DNA of 64,000 bases from Sphingomonadaceae bacterium (GCA_947375105.1 CANCET010000002.1:10471-74470), one strand, 5' to 3'; shown: positions 1-9,659, counted from the first letter of the stretch. Notes: a model not told the origin generated them from the letters alone. Made by a program: numbers and translations.

Positions 1-1
1 C

Positions 2-1309
2 TTTGTCCCCTTCAACTGGCGCCTTTCGGCCGCCGAACTGGCGCAGCTCATCGACGACAGCACGGCGCGGATCGTATTCGTCGAGCGCGCGCTGGCAGAC
101 CTGTGGAACGCCGCAGCGGAAGCTTCAGTGTGTGCGGTCGAGGTGATCTGGTTCGACGGTGAAGACACATTAGAGCGCCGCTATTCCGGCGATAGTGCGA
201 CAAAGCCCGACCTGTTCATCAGTGAGGAAGACGTTGCCATCCAGCTCTATACCTCAGGCACCACCGGCAAGCCCAAGGGCGTGATGCTGAGCCACGGCGG
301 GTTCAACCGGATGCGTTTGTGCGAGCATCTCGAGCCCGCCTACGAATGGCACGAGGGCGATATATTCATAAACCCGTTGCCCAATTTCCATCTGCTCTCG
401 ATCGGCATCGCGTTCCAGTGCCTCTACAACGGCGTCGCAGTCTCGATCGTGCGCCAGTTCGATCCCGGCGTGATTTGCGAGACGATCGAGCGCGACCGTC
501 CGACCTTGCTGACGCTTACCCCGACGATGATCCAGATGCTGCTCGATCATCCGCGCGCGGCCCAGACCGATTTCTCGTCTCTGCGGCTCGTGCTCTATGC
601 TGGATCGCCGATTTCGCTGGGCCTGATCCGGCGCGCCATCGCGCAGATGCCGTGCCAGTTCATGCAGTTCTATGGCGCCACCGAGGCCTGCGGGGCCTTC
701 ACGATCCTGCGGCCAAGCGAGCATGACCTTGAGGACGAGGCCAAGCTGCAAAGCTGCGGTCGGCCCCTGCCGCTGATCGAGCTGCGCATCGTAGATGCCG
801 CCGGGAACGATGTACCCGAGGGTGAGCCAGGCGAACTGATCGCACGTGCGCCTGCCATCACCGCCGGGTATTGGAAACAGGAAAAAGCCACCGCCAAAGT
901 GCTGCAGAATGGCTGGTACCGTACCGGCGATGTAGCGCGCCGCGATTCAGAGGGGCTTTACTACATCGTCGACCGGGTCAAGGACATGATCGTCTCGGGC
1001 GGTGAGAACATCTATTGTGCTGAGGTGGAGAACGCGCTTTCGACCCACCCGGAGGTGGCGCAAGTCGCGGTGATCGGCGTGCCCGATGCGCGGTGGGGCG
1101 AAGCGGTGATGGCCTGCGTGATCCGCCAGCCCGATAGCGGGCTCGATGGAGCCGCGCTCATCGCACACGCCCGAACGCTGCTGGCGGGCTACAAAGTGCC
1201 CAAGCGAGTGACGTTCATGGAAAGCTTCCCGCTGGTGCCATCGGGCAAGGTTTCGAAGAAGGACCTGCGCGCGCCGCACTGGGAAGGGGCCACGCGCCAG
1301 GTCGGGTGA
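2..1309 (+). CDS. Long-chain fatty acid--CoA ligase (AMP-binding), 5' end outside window
   Basis: Frame open from base 2 (FVPFNWRLSAAEL); P-loop YTSGTTGKPKG, FYGATE, YRTGD, DRVKDMIVSGGENIY, C-terminal GKVSK. Confidence 0.93.
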   Translation, partial: FVPFNWRLSAAELAQLIDDSTARIVFVERALADLWNAAAEASVCAVEVIWFDGEDTLERRYSGDSATKPDLFISEEDVAIQLYTSGTTGKPKGVMLSHGGFNRMRLCEHLEPAYEWHEGDIFINPLPNFHLLSIGIAFQCLYNGVAVSIVRQFDPGVICETIERDRPTLLTLTPTMIQMLLDHPRAAQTDFSSLRLVLYAGSPISLGLIRRAIAQMPCQFMQFYGATEACGAFTILRPSEHDLEDEAKLQSCGRPLPLIELRIVDAAGNDVPEGEPGELIARAPAITAGYWKQEKATAKVLQNGWYRTGDVARRDSEGLYYIVDRVKDMIVSGGENIYCAEVENALSTHPEVAQVAVIGVPDARWGEAVMACVIRQPDSGLDGAALIAHARTLLAGYKVPKRVTFMESFPLVPSGKVSKKDLRAPHWEGATRQVG

Positions 1310-1319
1310 GCATCATGCG

Positions 1320-2435
1320 CTAAACCGAAGCCGCAAACATCGGATAATCGGTATAGCCACGCGCATCGCCGACATAGGCATGGTCCATATCCGCCAGCGC
1401 GAGTGGATGCCCGCCGCGCATGCGCATCACGAGATCGGGATTGGCGATATAGGGCCGCCCGAACGAGACCGCATCGGCCTTGCCAGCCGCGATGCAGGCA
1501 TTGGCTGCCGGGGCATCGAAGCTACCGTTCTGAATCACGACGCCCCGGAAAATCGCACGGATGCGCTCGATGACCGGATTATCGGGCCGCTCCATGAAGC
1601 CGGAAGCAATCGGCTCGATCAGGTGAATGTAGGCGATGCCGAATTCCTGCGCCAACGCTGCGACGGCATCGGCCAGCGCATCGGGGTTTTCATCGCCCAT
1701 GCCCTTGCGCGCGCTGGTCGGGCTGATGCGGAGACCGACCCGCCCGGGGCCGACCGCTGCCGTCACGGCTTCCAGAACCTCGCGCAGCAGGCGCGAGCGA
1801 CCTGCCAGGTCACCGCCATAAGCATCGCTTCGATGGTTGGCGTTCGATTGCAGGAACTGGTCGATGAGATAGCCGTTGGCGGCATGGATCTCCACGCCGT
1901 CGAACCCGGCGACCAGCGCATTCGCGGCGCCGGTACCATAGGCTTCGACCGCATGGGCGATATCCGCATGGGTCATCTCGCGCGGGACGACGTAAGCCTT
2001 CATCGGCAGGAAACCGCCCACATAGTCCGGCGGTGGCGGCGCAAACGTCTGCCCTTCCCCAGCGATGGGCGATGGGCCCAGCGGCTGCGCACCACCGATG
2101 TAATCAGGCAGCACCAGGCGCCCCATGTGCCATAGTTGCGCAAAGATCTTCCCACCCGCTGCATGGACAGCGCCGGTGACCTGCGCCCAACCCGCGACCA
2201 TGTCCGCAGTCCAAAGACCAGGCACCCGGTACCAGCCCATCCCGAGCGGATCGACCGCGGTCGCTTCGGAAACGATCAGCCCGCAATCGGCGCGCTGCGC
2301 ATAATACTGCGCCATGAGCGGCGTCGGCACATTGCCAGGCGTCGCGCGGGCGCGAGTGAGAGGGGCCATGATCACCCGGTTGGGCAAGGTCAGCCCGCCA
2401 AGCTGCAGCGGCTGGAACAACGCATCGAGACTCAT
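1320..2435 (-). CDS. Old yellow enzyme family ene-reductase (NemA/XenB-like)
   Basis: Start trimmed to MSLDALFQPLQLGG; NRVIMAPLTRARA, QLWHMGR, EIHAANGYLIDQF (HxxN-x-Y), GRPYIANPDL. Confidence 0.92.
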   Translation of the reverse strand: MSLDALFQPLQLGGLTLPNRVIMAPLTRARATPGNVPTPLMAQYYAQRADCGLIVSEATAVDPLGMGWYRVPGLWTADMVAGWAQVTGAVHAAGGKIFAQLWHMGRLVLPDYIGGAQPLGPSPIAGEGQTFAPPPPDYVGGFLPMKAYVVPREMTHADIAHAVEAYGTGAANALVAGFDGVEIHAANGYLIDQFLQSNANHRSDAYGGDLAGRSRLLREVLEAVTAAVGPGRVGLRISPTSARKGMGDENPDALADAVAALAQEFGIAYIHLIEPIASGFMERPDNPVIERIRAIFRGVVIQNGSFDAPAANACIAAGKADAVSFGRPYIANPDLVMRMRGGHPLALADMDHAYVGDARGYTDYPMFAASV

Positions 2436-2454
2436 AGGATCAGGCTGCTCGCAG

Positions 2455-3306
2455 TCACGTGTTTCTCCATGTGATTTCGCCTCCATCGAGCACCTTGCGG
2501 TTGCCGACATAGGCGGCAAAGTGCGCGGCTGCGCCTTCACGTTGCCAGATCTGGAATTCCAATTCGTCGCCGGGCAGCACCACGCCCGAAAACCGGCACG
2601 CCAGCCGCGAGAGGGCAGCCGGATCGCGCCCCACTGCGCGCGAAACCGCCACACCGGCGATGCCAAAGCTGGCAAGGCCCTGCAGAATCGGTCGTTCAAA
2701 ACCAGCCGCGCGCGCCACTTCCGGATCGAGGTGCAGCGGGTTCCAGTCGCCCGAGAGGCGATAGATCAGCGCGCCACGCGGGCTTGTCGCAAAGCTGACG
2801 GTCAGATCAGGGACGCGATCCGGTAATGCGGTTTCGTTGCGCGGCGCGGGCGATCCGCCAAAACCGCCATCCCCTCGCAACATCAGCGTCTGATGCAGGC
2901 GGCAGTACATCGCACCGCTGGCAACGTCGAAAATCCGCCGTTCGAGCACCAGCACCGCGCCTTTGCCCTCACCCCTGTCGGTCAGCGAGAGAACTTGCGC
3001 CTCACCCCGAACACATGCCTCGGGCGGCAGGGGCGCTATAAAATCGGCAGACTGCGCCGAATGGACCAGTTTGGCAAAATCGACGCCAAGTGCGGGATCA
3101 CGGATCCACATCCCTGGCGTACACAGAGTGACAGCAAACGTCGGGAGGACCGCCAGGCTCCGCTCGTCGAGGAAGGCGAGAACGGCCGTATCGAGGGCAT
3201 CGCTGCCCAGCCCCACGCCCAGCGCATACAGGATCGCGTCGCGCGGCACATACGTCTGCTCCGGCTGACCGAAATCATACGCCAGAATAGCGGCGGGATC
3301 GATCAC
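2455..3306 (-). CDS. Double hot-dog (R)-specific enoyl-CoA hydratase (MaoC / hydratase-2 type)
   Basis: Hydratase-2 motif YRLSGDWNPLHLDP, PILQGLASFG, N-terminal ILYALGVG. Confidence 0.9.
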   Translation of the reverse strand: MIDPAAILAYDFGQPEQTYVPRDAILYALGVGLGSDALDTAVLAFLDERSLAVLPTFAVTLCTPGMWIRDPALGVDFAKLVHSAQSADFIAPLPPEACVRGEAQVLSLTDRGEGKGAVLVLERRIFDVASGAMYCRLHQTLMLRGDGGFGGSPAPRNETALPDRVPDLTVSFATSPRGALIYRLSGDWNPLHLDPEVARAAGFERPILQGLASFGIAGVAVSRAVGRDPAALSRLACRFSGVVLPGDELEFQIWQREGAAAHFAAYVGNRKVLDGGEITWRNT

Positions 3307-4217
3307 ACGGGATCCCAGCTGAAGACCTCGGCCGAACGGTGTAGCGGATAGAAGTCGTTCGCGAACTGAGGGAAGACCCGGTCGGCAATGGCTTCAGGCG
3401 TCCAGCCCTCGGCGGTGTGGGCAGCGCGCATCGGGCGCGGCTGCGAGAACAGGAAAATCTCGTTGTTGCGCACGCCGAAGATCTGTCCGGTGACCTTGGC
3501 AGCCCCGTCGCCGCACAGGGCGACGCACAAGGGCCCGATCTTGTTAGCATCAAGCTTCTTGAGACCGTCCACGCGCTTCTGCTGCTCGGGCGTATCGGTC
3601 GGAATGGAGTCGATCATGCGTGTCCACGCGAACGGTGCGACGGCGTTCGAACGCACGCCGAAGCGCTGCATGTCGAGTGCGATCGACTTTGAAAGTCCGA
3701 CGATCCCCAATTTGGCCGCAGAGTAATTGGCCTGCCCGAAATTGCCGATCAGTCCGCTGGTCGAGGTCATATGGACATAGGCGCCGCTGCCTTGTTCCTT
3801 GAAAAAGGGCGCTGCTGCACGGCTGGTGTTGAAGCTGCCCATGAGGTGCACTTCGATCACCGCGCGGAAATCGTCCGGGCTCATCTTGTGGAAGTAGACA
3901 TCGCGCAGATTGCCCGCGTTGTTGACCACCCCGTCGATCCGGCCGAAACTGTCGATGGCCGCCTTGATCATGCGGCCCGCACCGAGCCAGTCGGACACGC
4001 TGTCGTGGTTGGCGACAGCCTTGCCGCCTGTCGCGCGGATTTCCTCCACGACCTGCTCAGCGGGCGAGCCTTCATCCTGGCCTTCACCGCTCAGCGCAAC
4101 ACCAAGGTCATTGACGACCACCGCCGCCCCCGCCTCAGCCATAGCGAGCGCGATCCCACGCCCCACGCCGCGCCCCGCGCCGGTGACCAGCACCGCCCTA
4201 CCGTCCATCATCCCCAT
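3303..4217 (-). CDS. SDR resembling the MFE-2 3-hydroxyacyl-CoA dehydrogenase domain
   Basis: TGAGRGVGRG, VVVNDLG, NNAGNLRD, GNFGQANYSAAK; start at MGMMDGR; 4-bp overlap with the hydratase gene. Confidence 0.88.
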   Translation of the reverse strand: MGMMDGRAVLVTGAGRGVGRGIALAMAEAGAAVVVNDLGVALSGEGQDEGSPAEQVVEEIRATGGKAVANHDSVSDWLGAGRMIKAAIDSFGRIDGVVNNAGNLRDVYFHKMSPDDFRAVIEVHLMGSFNTSRAAAPFFKEQGSGAYVHMTSTSGLIGNFGQANYSAAKLGIVGLSKSIALDMQRFGVRSNAVAPFAWTRMIDSIPTDTPEQQKRVDGLKKLDANKIGPLCVALCGDGAAKVTGQIFGVRNNEIFLFSQPRPMRAAHTAEGWTPEAIADRVFPQFANDFYPLHRSAEVFSWDPV

Positions 4218-4227
4218 GGATTTTTCC

Positions 4228-5406
4228 TCAATAGCTCTTGGGCAGGCCGAGCACTTTCTCGGCAATGAAGCACATGATCAGCTGCTCGGTGATTGGCGCG
4301 AGGCGGGTCAGCGCGCTTTCCCGGTAGAGCCGCTCGACGTGGTACTCCTTGGCATAGCCAAAGCCGCCATGGGTGGCGACCGCCTGCCACGCTGCATCAT
4401 GGCAAGCGCGCGCGGCGAGGAACTTGCACGCATTGGCTTCGGCCCCGCAGGGCAGGCCCTGGTCATAAAGGCGCGCAGCCTTTTCGACCATCAGCCAGGC
4501 GCTCTCCAGATACATCCACTTTTCCGCAAGCGGGTGCTGGATACCCTGGTTCATGCCGATCGGCCGATCAAACACCACGCGTTCCTTCGCATAGTTCACG
4601 CCCCGCCGCAGCGCATCGCGCCCGATTCCAATGGCCTCGGCGCCGATGAGGATGCGTTCGGGATTAAGGCTGTGGAGGATGTAGCCGAAGCCCTTCCCTT
4701 CCTCGCCGATGCGGTCCTCGTCAGGAATGAACAGCCCGTCGATGAAGATCGCATTCGAATCCACCGCCTTGCGGCCCATCTTGTTGATCAGTCGCACATC
4801 AATCTTGGACCGGTCGAGATCGGTGTAGAAGATCGTGATGCCATCAGTCGGCCGGGCGCAGTCCTCGAACTTGGCCGTCCGAGTCAGAAGCATGATCTTG
4901 TTCGCGACTTGGGCGGTCGAGGTCCAGACCTTCTGGCCGTGGACCACATAACCCCCCGGCACTTTCTCGGCGAACGTCTTGATCCGCGTGGTGTTTAGCC
5001 CAGCGTCGGGCTCGGTAAAGCCGAAGCAGCACTGGTCCTCGCCCGAAACGAGCCGCGGGACCCAGCGCGCCTTCTGCTCCAGTGTGCCCTCCACCACGAT
5101 GGGGTGCGGGCCGAACAGGTTGATGTGGATGGTCGAAGCCGCCGCGAACCCGCCGCCGCAAGCCGCGACCTCACTCATCATCGTCATTGCCTCGGTCACG
5201 CCGAGGCCCGAACCGCCGAATTGCTCAGGCATGGTAATGCCAAGCCAACCGCCATCGGCCATCGCGCGGTGAAATTCGCGCGGGAACTCACCGTCATCAT
5301 CGCGTGCGAGCCAATAGTCATCGCCGAACGGCGCACAGGCGGCACGAACGCCTTCGCGGATAGCCTGAAGGTCTTCCTCGGTGGGAAGCGAGCGAGCTTG
5401 GGTCAT
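4228..5406 (-). CDS. Acyl-CoA dehydrogenase
   Basis: FGFTEPDAGLN, GQKVWTS, LNPERILI, THGGFGYAKEYHVER. Confidence 0.93.
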   Translation of the reverse strand: MTQARSLPTEEDLQAIREGVRAACAPFGDDYWLARDDDGEFPREFHRAMADGGWLGITMPEQFGGSGLGVTEAMTMMSEVAACGGGFAAASTIHINLFGPHPIVVEGTLEQKARWVPRLVSGEDQCCFGFTEPDAGLNTTRIKTFAEKVPGGYVVHGQKVWTSTAQVANKIMLLTRTAKFEDCARPTDGITIFYTDLDRSKIDVRLINKMGRKAVDSNAIFIDGLFIPDEDRIGEEGKGFGYILHSLNPERILIGAEAIGIGRDALRRGVNYAKERVVFDRPIGMNQGIQHPLAEKWMYLESAWLMVEKAARLYDQGLPCGAEANACKFLAARACHDAAWQAVATHGGFGYAKEYHVERLYRESALTRLAPITEQLIMCFIAEKVLGLPKSY

Positions 5407-6278
5407 GCGGTTTCTCCGACGGCTGCCAGCGTCTTAAGCGCGGCCTTGAGGTGCGGGATATCGAACATCTTGCCGTCGATCCCGAGCGTACCGGCGTCGG
5501 GATTGGCGGCGAATGCGTCCACGATCCGGCGGGCATGCGCGACCTCCTCGTCTGAGGGGGTGAAGCAGCGGTTGATCGTGGCGACCTGATCAGGATGGAT
5601 CGCGATACGGCCCAAGAACCCGTCGCGACGGGCCCGGCGGCAATCGGCCTCAAGCCCCGCCCCGTCGCGAAAATCAGCATAAAGCGTATCGACCGGCATC
5701 ACTCCGGCCGACGCCGAGGCGAACAGGCACAGAGAGCGCGCAAAGCGATAGGGCTCGGTCCACTGCCCATCCGGTTCCTTGTTGTCCGTCGCCCCGATGG
5801 CGGCCGCAAGGTCTTCCGCGCCCCACGTCAGGCCAATCAGGCGCGGATGCGGCGGGGTATAACTGCCGAGCGCAAACATCGCCTGCGGGGTCTCAGTGGC
5901 GACGACCATGATCTTGACCGTACCGGGCGCCATTCCGGCGGCGGCCTCCAGCGGATCGATCATCCCTGCAATCGTCGCGATATCGTGCGCACCATTGGCC
6001 TTGGGCACAAGAATGCCAGCAAGTCCCGGGCGCACCACTGCGGCGAGATCATCGGAGGTAAGACTGGTATCTAGGGGATTGACCCGCACGAACAAGCTGG
6101 CCTCGACATCGTCTGCCTCGCACAGCCACCCCGCCACGAGATCACGTGCAACGGCTTTCATCGACGGCGCAACCGCATCCTCCAAATCGAGGATCAGCAC
6201 ATCCGCGCCAGCCGTGCGCCCTTTTGCGAACTTGCGCTCGCTGTCTCCGGGCACGAATAGAAGCGAGCGCAACCTCAT
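5403..6278 (-). CDS. CitE-family acyl-CoA lyase (citramalyl-/malyl-/HMG-CoA lyase-like)
   Basis: RSLLFVPG, ILDLEDAV, FVRVN, GAEDL, IHPDQV, DGKMFDIPH; start trimmed to MRLRSLL. Confidence 0.9.
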   Translation of the reverse strand: MRLRSLLFVPGDSERKFAKGRTAGADVLILDLEDAVAPSMKAVARDLVAGWLCEADDVEASLFVRVNPLDTSLTSDDLAAVVRPGLAGILVPKANGAHDIATIAGMIDPLEAAAGMAPGTVKIMVVATETPQAMFALGSYTPPHPRLIGLTWGAEDLAAAIGATDNKEPDGQWTEPYRFARSLCLFASASAGVMPVDTLYADFRDGAGLEADCRRARRDGFLGRIAIHPDQVATINRCFTPSDEEVAHARRIVDAFAANPDAGTLGIDGKMFDIPHLKAALKTLAAVGETA

Positions 6279-6727
6279 GCCGGCTTCTTCATCATCAGCG
6301 CGTTGCGCACTGTGCGGCATACCACTTCATTGCGCTGGTTAAGCCCGATGTGTTCGAAGGTGACGATGCCCTGCGTGGGCCGCGATTTGCTCTCCCTAAG
6401 CTCCAGCACCTTCGTTTCAGCACGGAGCGTATCGCCCGAGAAGACAGGCTTGGGGAAGGTCGTATCGGTCATCCCGAGATTGCCTACGGTGGTGCCCATC
6501 GTGGTGTCCTGCACGCTCAGCCCAATGACCAGCCCGAGCGTGAAGATCGAGTTCATCAGCGGCTGGCCAAACTCGGTGCCTTCGCAATAGGCGTGATCGA
6601 TATGGATCTGAGCCGGATTGTAGGTCAGCGAGGAAAACAGGCTGTTCTCATAATCGAGCACAGTCTTGCGGACTTCGTGCCGGAACACCTGCCCAACGCT
6701 AAATTCGTCAAACCAAAGGCCCGCCAT
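6275..6727 (-). CDS. MaoC-family dehydratase (single hot-dog, itaconyl-CoA hydratase-like)
   Basis: GLWFDEFSVG, TYNPAQIHID, FPKPVFSGDTL; overlaps the CitE gene start. Confidence 0.85.
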   Translation of the reverse strand: MAGLWFDEFSVGQVFRHEVRKTVLDYENSLFSSLTYNPAQIHIDHAYCEGTEFGQPLMNSIFTLGLVIGLSVQDTTMGTTVGNLGMTDTTFPKPVFSGDTLRAETKVLELRESKSRPTQGIVTFEHIGLNQRNEVVCRTVRNALMMKKPA

Positions 6728-6740
6728 TACAATATCCTTC

Positions 6741-7940
6741 TCAGTTCAGCCGGCCAAGGATCGCGACGGCGGCCACGCTGTTGAACGGCGAACCGCCAAG
6801 GTTGTGCGTGAGGCCGAAATCGACCTTATCCCGCTGGCGGTCGCCTGCCCGGCCCTGAAGCTGCGTATAGACCTCATAGGCCATGCGCAGGCCCGAAGCG
6901 CCAACTGGATGGCCAAAGCACTTGAGCCCGCCATCGAGTTGGCACGGAATTGCGCCGCCGCGATCAAAACGCCCGTCGAGAATGTCGGTCGGCGCGCGGC
7001 CTTCGTCCGACAGGCCGAGGTCCTCCATGGTCACCAGTTCGGTGATCGAGAAGCAGTCATGCACTTCGGTCATGTCGAGTTCGGCGCGCGGGTCACGGAT
7101 ACCGGCTTCGGCATAGGCGCGCGCGGCGGCGGCGCGGGTATTGGGCACCGTGGCCCCATCCCATGCGCCGAACTGCATTTCCCAGCCATTGCTCGCCGAA
7201 AGCTGGATCGCCTTGATCGTGACCGGGTCAGCCTTGCCGAGCGCGCGCGCGATCTCGGGTGTGGTGACGATAGCCGCCGCCGCGCCGTCCGAAACCCCGC
7301 AGCAATCGAACAGGCCGAGCGGATCGGCGATCAGCGGCGCGTTTAGGATCTTGTCCATGTCGACCGTGCCGCGCAGGTGCGCTTTGGGCGACAGCGCACC
7401 GTTCTGGTGGCTCTTCCACGAAACATGCGCCATCGCACGTTTGAGATCGCCCGGCGCGATGCCGTGCCGCGCGGCATAGGCACCAGCCAGCTGCGCAAAA
7501 GTCCCCGGAGCCGAACCATAAGGCATCCACAGGTCATTCTGAACGCCCTTGGTGCGCAGCGGCAGCCCACCGTAACCGGTGTCCTTTAGTTTCTCGACGC
7601 CAATCGCCAGCGCGATATCCACTGCGCCCGAGGCGACGGCGTAAGCCGCACCGCGCAGCGCCTCGGTGCCGGTGGCGCACATGTTTTCGACGCGGGTCAC
7701 CGGCACCTTGTCCAGTCGCAGTGCATGGGCTGCCGGGAGTGCACTGTTGCCGACATTGATATCATCGAGCGCATTTCCGACCCAGGCGGCTTCGATGCGC
7801 GCGCGCTCGATCCCGGCATCGGCCAGCGCTTCGAGAAACGCCTCGACCATCAACCCGTCCGCACCCACATCCCAGCGCTCGCCAAACCGCGTGCAGCCCA
7901 TGCCGACAATGGCAACCTTGTCGCGAATTCCCGTGGCCAT
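6741..7940 (-). CDS. SCP2-type thiolase
   Basis: RVENMCATG (catalytic Cys), EVHDCF, GHPVGASG, THNLGG. Confidence 0.9.
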   Translation of the reverse strand: MATGIRDKVAIVGMGCTRFGERWDVGADGLMVEAFLEALADAGIERARIEAAWVGNALDDINVGNSALPAAHALRLDKVPVTRVENMCATGTEALRGAAYAVASGAVDIALAIGVEKLKDTGYGGLPLRTKGVQNDLWMPYGSAPGTFAQLAGAYAARHGIAPGDLKRAMAHVSWKSHQNGALSPKAHLRGTVDMDKILNAPLIADPLGLFDCCGVSDGAAAAIVTTPEIARALGKADPVTIKAIQLSASNGWEMQFGAWDGATVPNTRAAAARAYAEAGIRDPRAELDMTEVHDCFSITELVTMEDLGLSDEGRAPTDILDGRFDRGGAIPCQLDGGLKCFGHPVGASGLRMAYEVYTQLQGRAGDRQRDKVDFGLTHNLGGSPFNSVAAVAILGRLN

Positions 7941-9382
7941 CAGGCTTCTCCCAGCACGGGCCGCACCAGCGGGGCCGCTTTCCAGAAGTAGGTGCGAAAG
8001 CCGAGCCGGCGGTTCTGCGCCTTGATGCGCAGCCGCATCCGCACCCGGTCTCCCACGCGAAAGCCATCGGCTGGGCGATTGACCATTTCCATCAAGACGC
8101 GGGCACCGTTTTCGAATTGGACAAGGCCGAAGTCGAAAGGCGGATCTGGGCTGAAGTTGAGCCGGTCAGCTGTGATCGAAACGATCGTCGCTTCAAGATC
8201 GGCCAGCCGCACGTCCTCCATCTTTTCGACCTCAGACAGCGCCGGATTGACCGGGAAGGCACTTTTAGGAAACTGCACGTTGCCTGCGCTGTCGCGCCCG
8301 CCGACGAAGCCCACCATGTCGCGCCCTACGCGTTCGAGCACGGTGGCTTGCGCCTTCTGCTCGAATTCGGCGCGCATGCCCCAGTCAAGCTCGAGCGAGC
8401 CGGTCAGGCTGAGGAAGCGCGAGTAGCTCACGAGGACCTGCCCTTCCTTGAGCGCCGCCACCATGGCGCTCGCCCCCGGAACCGGGCTAGTCACCTCGAA
8501 CACCATGGCATCGGCGCCGCTGCCGAAGCCGACGAGTAGCACAAAGTCACCAACTTCTGCCGTGTCGAGCGCGAGACCGAGCCCATAGAGGGCGTGGGCC
8601 ACGCCCAGATCGCCGGCCATTTCGGAAACCGCTTCACAATGATTGGGTGCCTTGCTGCCCAAAGCCTTTGCTACGGCCCGCCAGCATGCGCTGACGGGTT
8701 CATGCACGGCGGCATGGGCGAGTTGCGCTGGCGCGATGCCCGCGGCCGCGCAGGCTGCGCGCACCACCGGTGTCAGCACTTCGGCAACTGCCGCATCGCG
8801 CACGAAGCGCTCTTCGTAGGCGTAGGAGAACGGGTGGTCGCGCGACGCGTAACGGTCGATGAGGTCATAGGACAGGCTGGCATGGCCGATGAGGCGCGCT
8901 GGCGCATGCGGCCCGGTTCGCACCGCCGCCGCGCCGTCGCCAAAGGCGAGCTGTGCCGCGCTGCCTGGCTGGGTGGGCCGTTGCTCTCCGGCGGTCACGA
9001 TCTCGCTGCGCGCACCGAGCAGAGCGTCGAGCAGGGCGGATGTGGCTCCGCGCCGCGAGTTTCCGGCATCGCTGGTGCGCACAGTACGGGGCAAGGCAAG
9101 CGCATCGAGCGCCATCCCGCTTTGCGCGCGATCGGTGAAATAAGCTGAAGTCGAGGCAAACCGGAGCGCCTCTGGCGCGCTTCGGCAACAGAGCGGGCGG
9201 GCCGCTTCCACTGCCATGGTCAGCGCATCCTCATCCCAATCTGCAACGGCGCGCGTGCCCGTTCGCGGCATCGGCAGGCCGGACCAGGCCAGTTCGCGGG
9301 CCACCGCCTTTCGGTCTAGCCGCAGCAACGGGATATAGCCGCCGAGCGCGGCAATACCGAACGATTGCGCTAGCCCTGACAC
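7940..9382 (-). CDS. HMG-CoA-synthase-like domain fused to a C-terminal DUF35/OB-fold domain (probable non-catalytic thiolase partner)
   Basis: N-terminal GGYIPLLRL..EDALTMAVEAA (HMGS/FabH fold); C-terminal PFDFGLVQFENGARV..YFWKAAP (DUF35 OB-fold); 1-bp overlap with the thiolase gene. Confidence 0.8.
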   Translation of the reverse strand: MSGLAQSFGIAALGGYIPLLRLDRKAVARELAWSGLPMPRTGTRAVADWDEDALTMAVEAARPLCCRSAPEALRFASTSAYFTDRAQSGMALDALALPRTVRTSDAGNSRRGATSALLDALLGARSEIVTAGEQRPTQPGSAAQLAFGDGAAAVRTGPHAPARLIGHASLSYDLIDRYASRDHPFSYAYEERFVRDAAVAEVLTPVVRAACAAAGIAPAQLAHAAVHEPVSACWRAVAKALGSKAPNHCEAVSEMAGDLGVAHALYGLGLALDTAEVGDFVLLVGFGSGADAMVFEVTSPVPGASAMVAALKEGQVLVSYSRFLSLTGSLELDWGMRAEFEQKAQATVLERVGRDMVGFVGGRDSAGNVQFPKSAFPVNPALSEVEKMEDVRLADLEATIVSITADRLNFSPDPPFDFGLVQFENGARVLMEMVNRPADGFRVGDRVRMRLRIKAQNRRLGFRTYFWKAAPLVRPVLGEA

Positions 9383-9447
9383 CCGCTTCTCCTCGATCCA
9401 ATACTCTGCCTTATCGCTCCGAGATGGCGGTTTTCTTCCACTCGTGC

Positions 9448-9482
9448 TTGACAGTCATGAATCATCTAGTAAACACCTTAAC
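9448..9482 (+). promoter_or_regulatory. Putative sigma70 promoter (TTGACA-N16-TAAACA) with imperfect inverted repeat GTAAA-CACC-TTAAC over the -10 (possible MarR site)
   Basis: TTGACA 9448-9453, TAAACA 9470-9475, inverted repeat 9469-9482 in the divergent intergenic region. Confidence 0.45.
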
Positions 9483-9539
9483 ATTGTCTGGCAAGAGCAA
9501 TTGGCCGCAAGGCCAGACGGGACCGACACGGAGAGGACG

Positions 9540-9659
9540 ATGACCATTTTCGCCGACTACGCGCATGCAGGCCTGTCCGCCGTGGTCGCTGAAGGTCAGA
9601 ACTTTGCGGGGCACGGGCCTGCTTCCAACAACCAATTCCTGCGCCTGAAGGCTGCCTGA
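9540..9659 (+). CDS. Small 39-aa ORF (MTIFADYAHAGLSAVVAEGQNFAGHGPASNNQFLRLKAA), function unknown
   Basis: SD-like GGAGAGG just upstream, mostly G/C-ending codons, TGATG overlap with the next gene. Confidence 0.5.
   Translation: MTIFADYAHAGLSAVVAEGQNFAGHGPASNNQFLRLKAA

Noticed and set aside
6741-9382. PhlABC-type acyltransferase or mevalonate-pathway HMG-CoA synthase
   Set aside because: The HMGS-like domain lacks the catalytic Cys, the thiolase has SCP2-type HDCF/GHP motifs, and no phlD or mevalonate genes are present.
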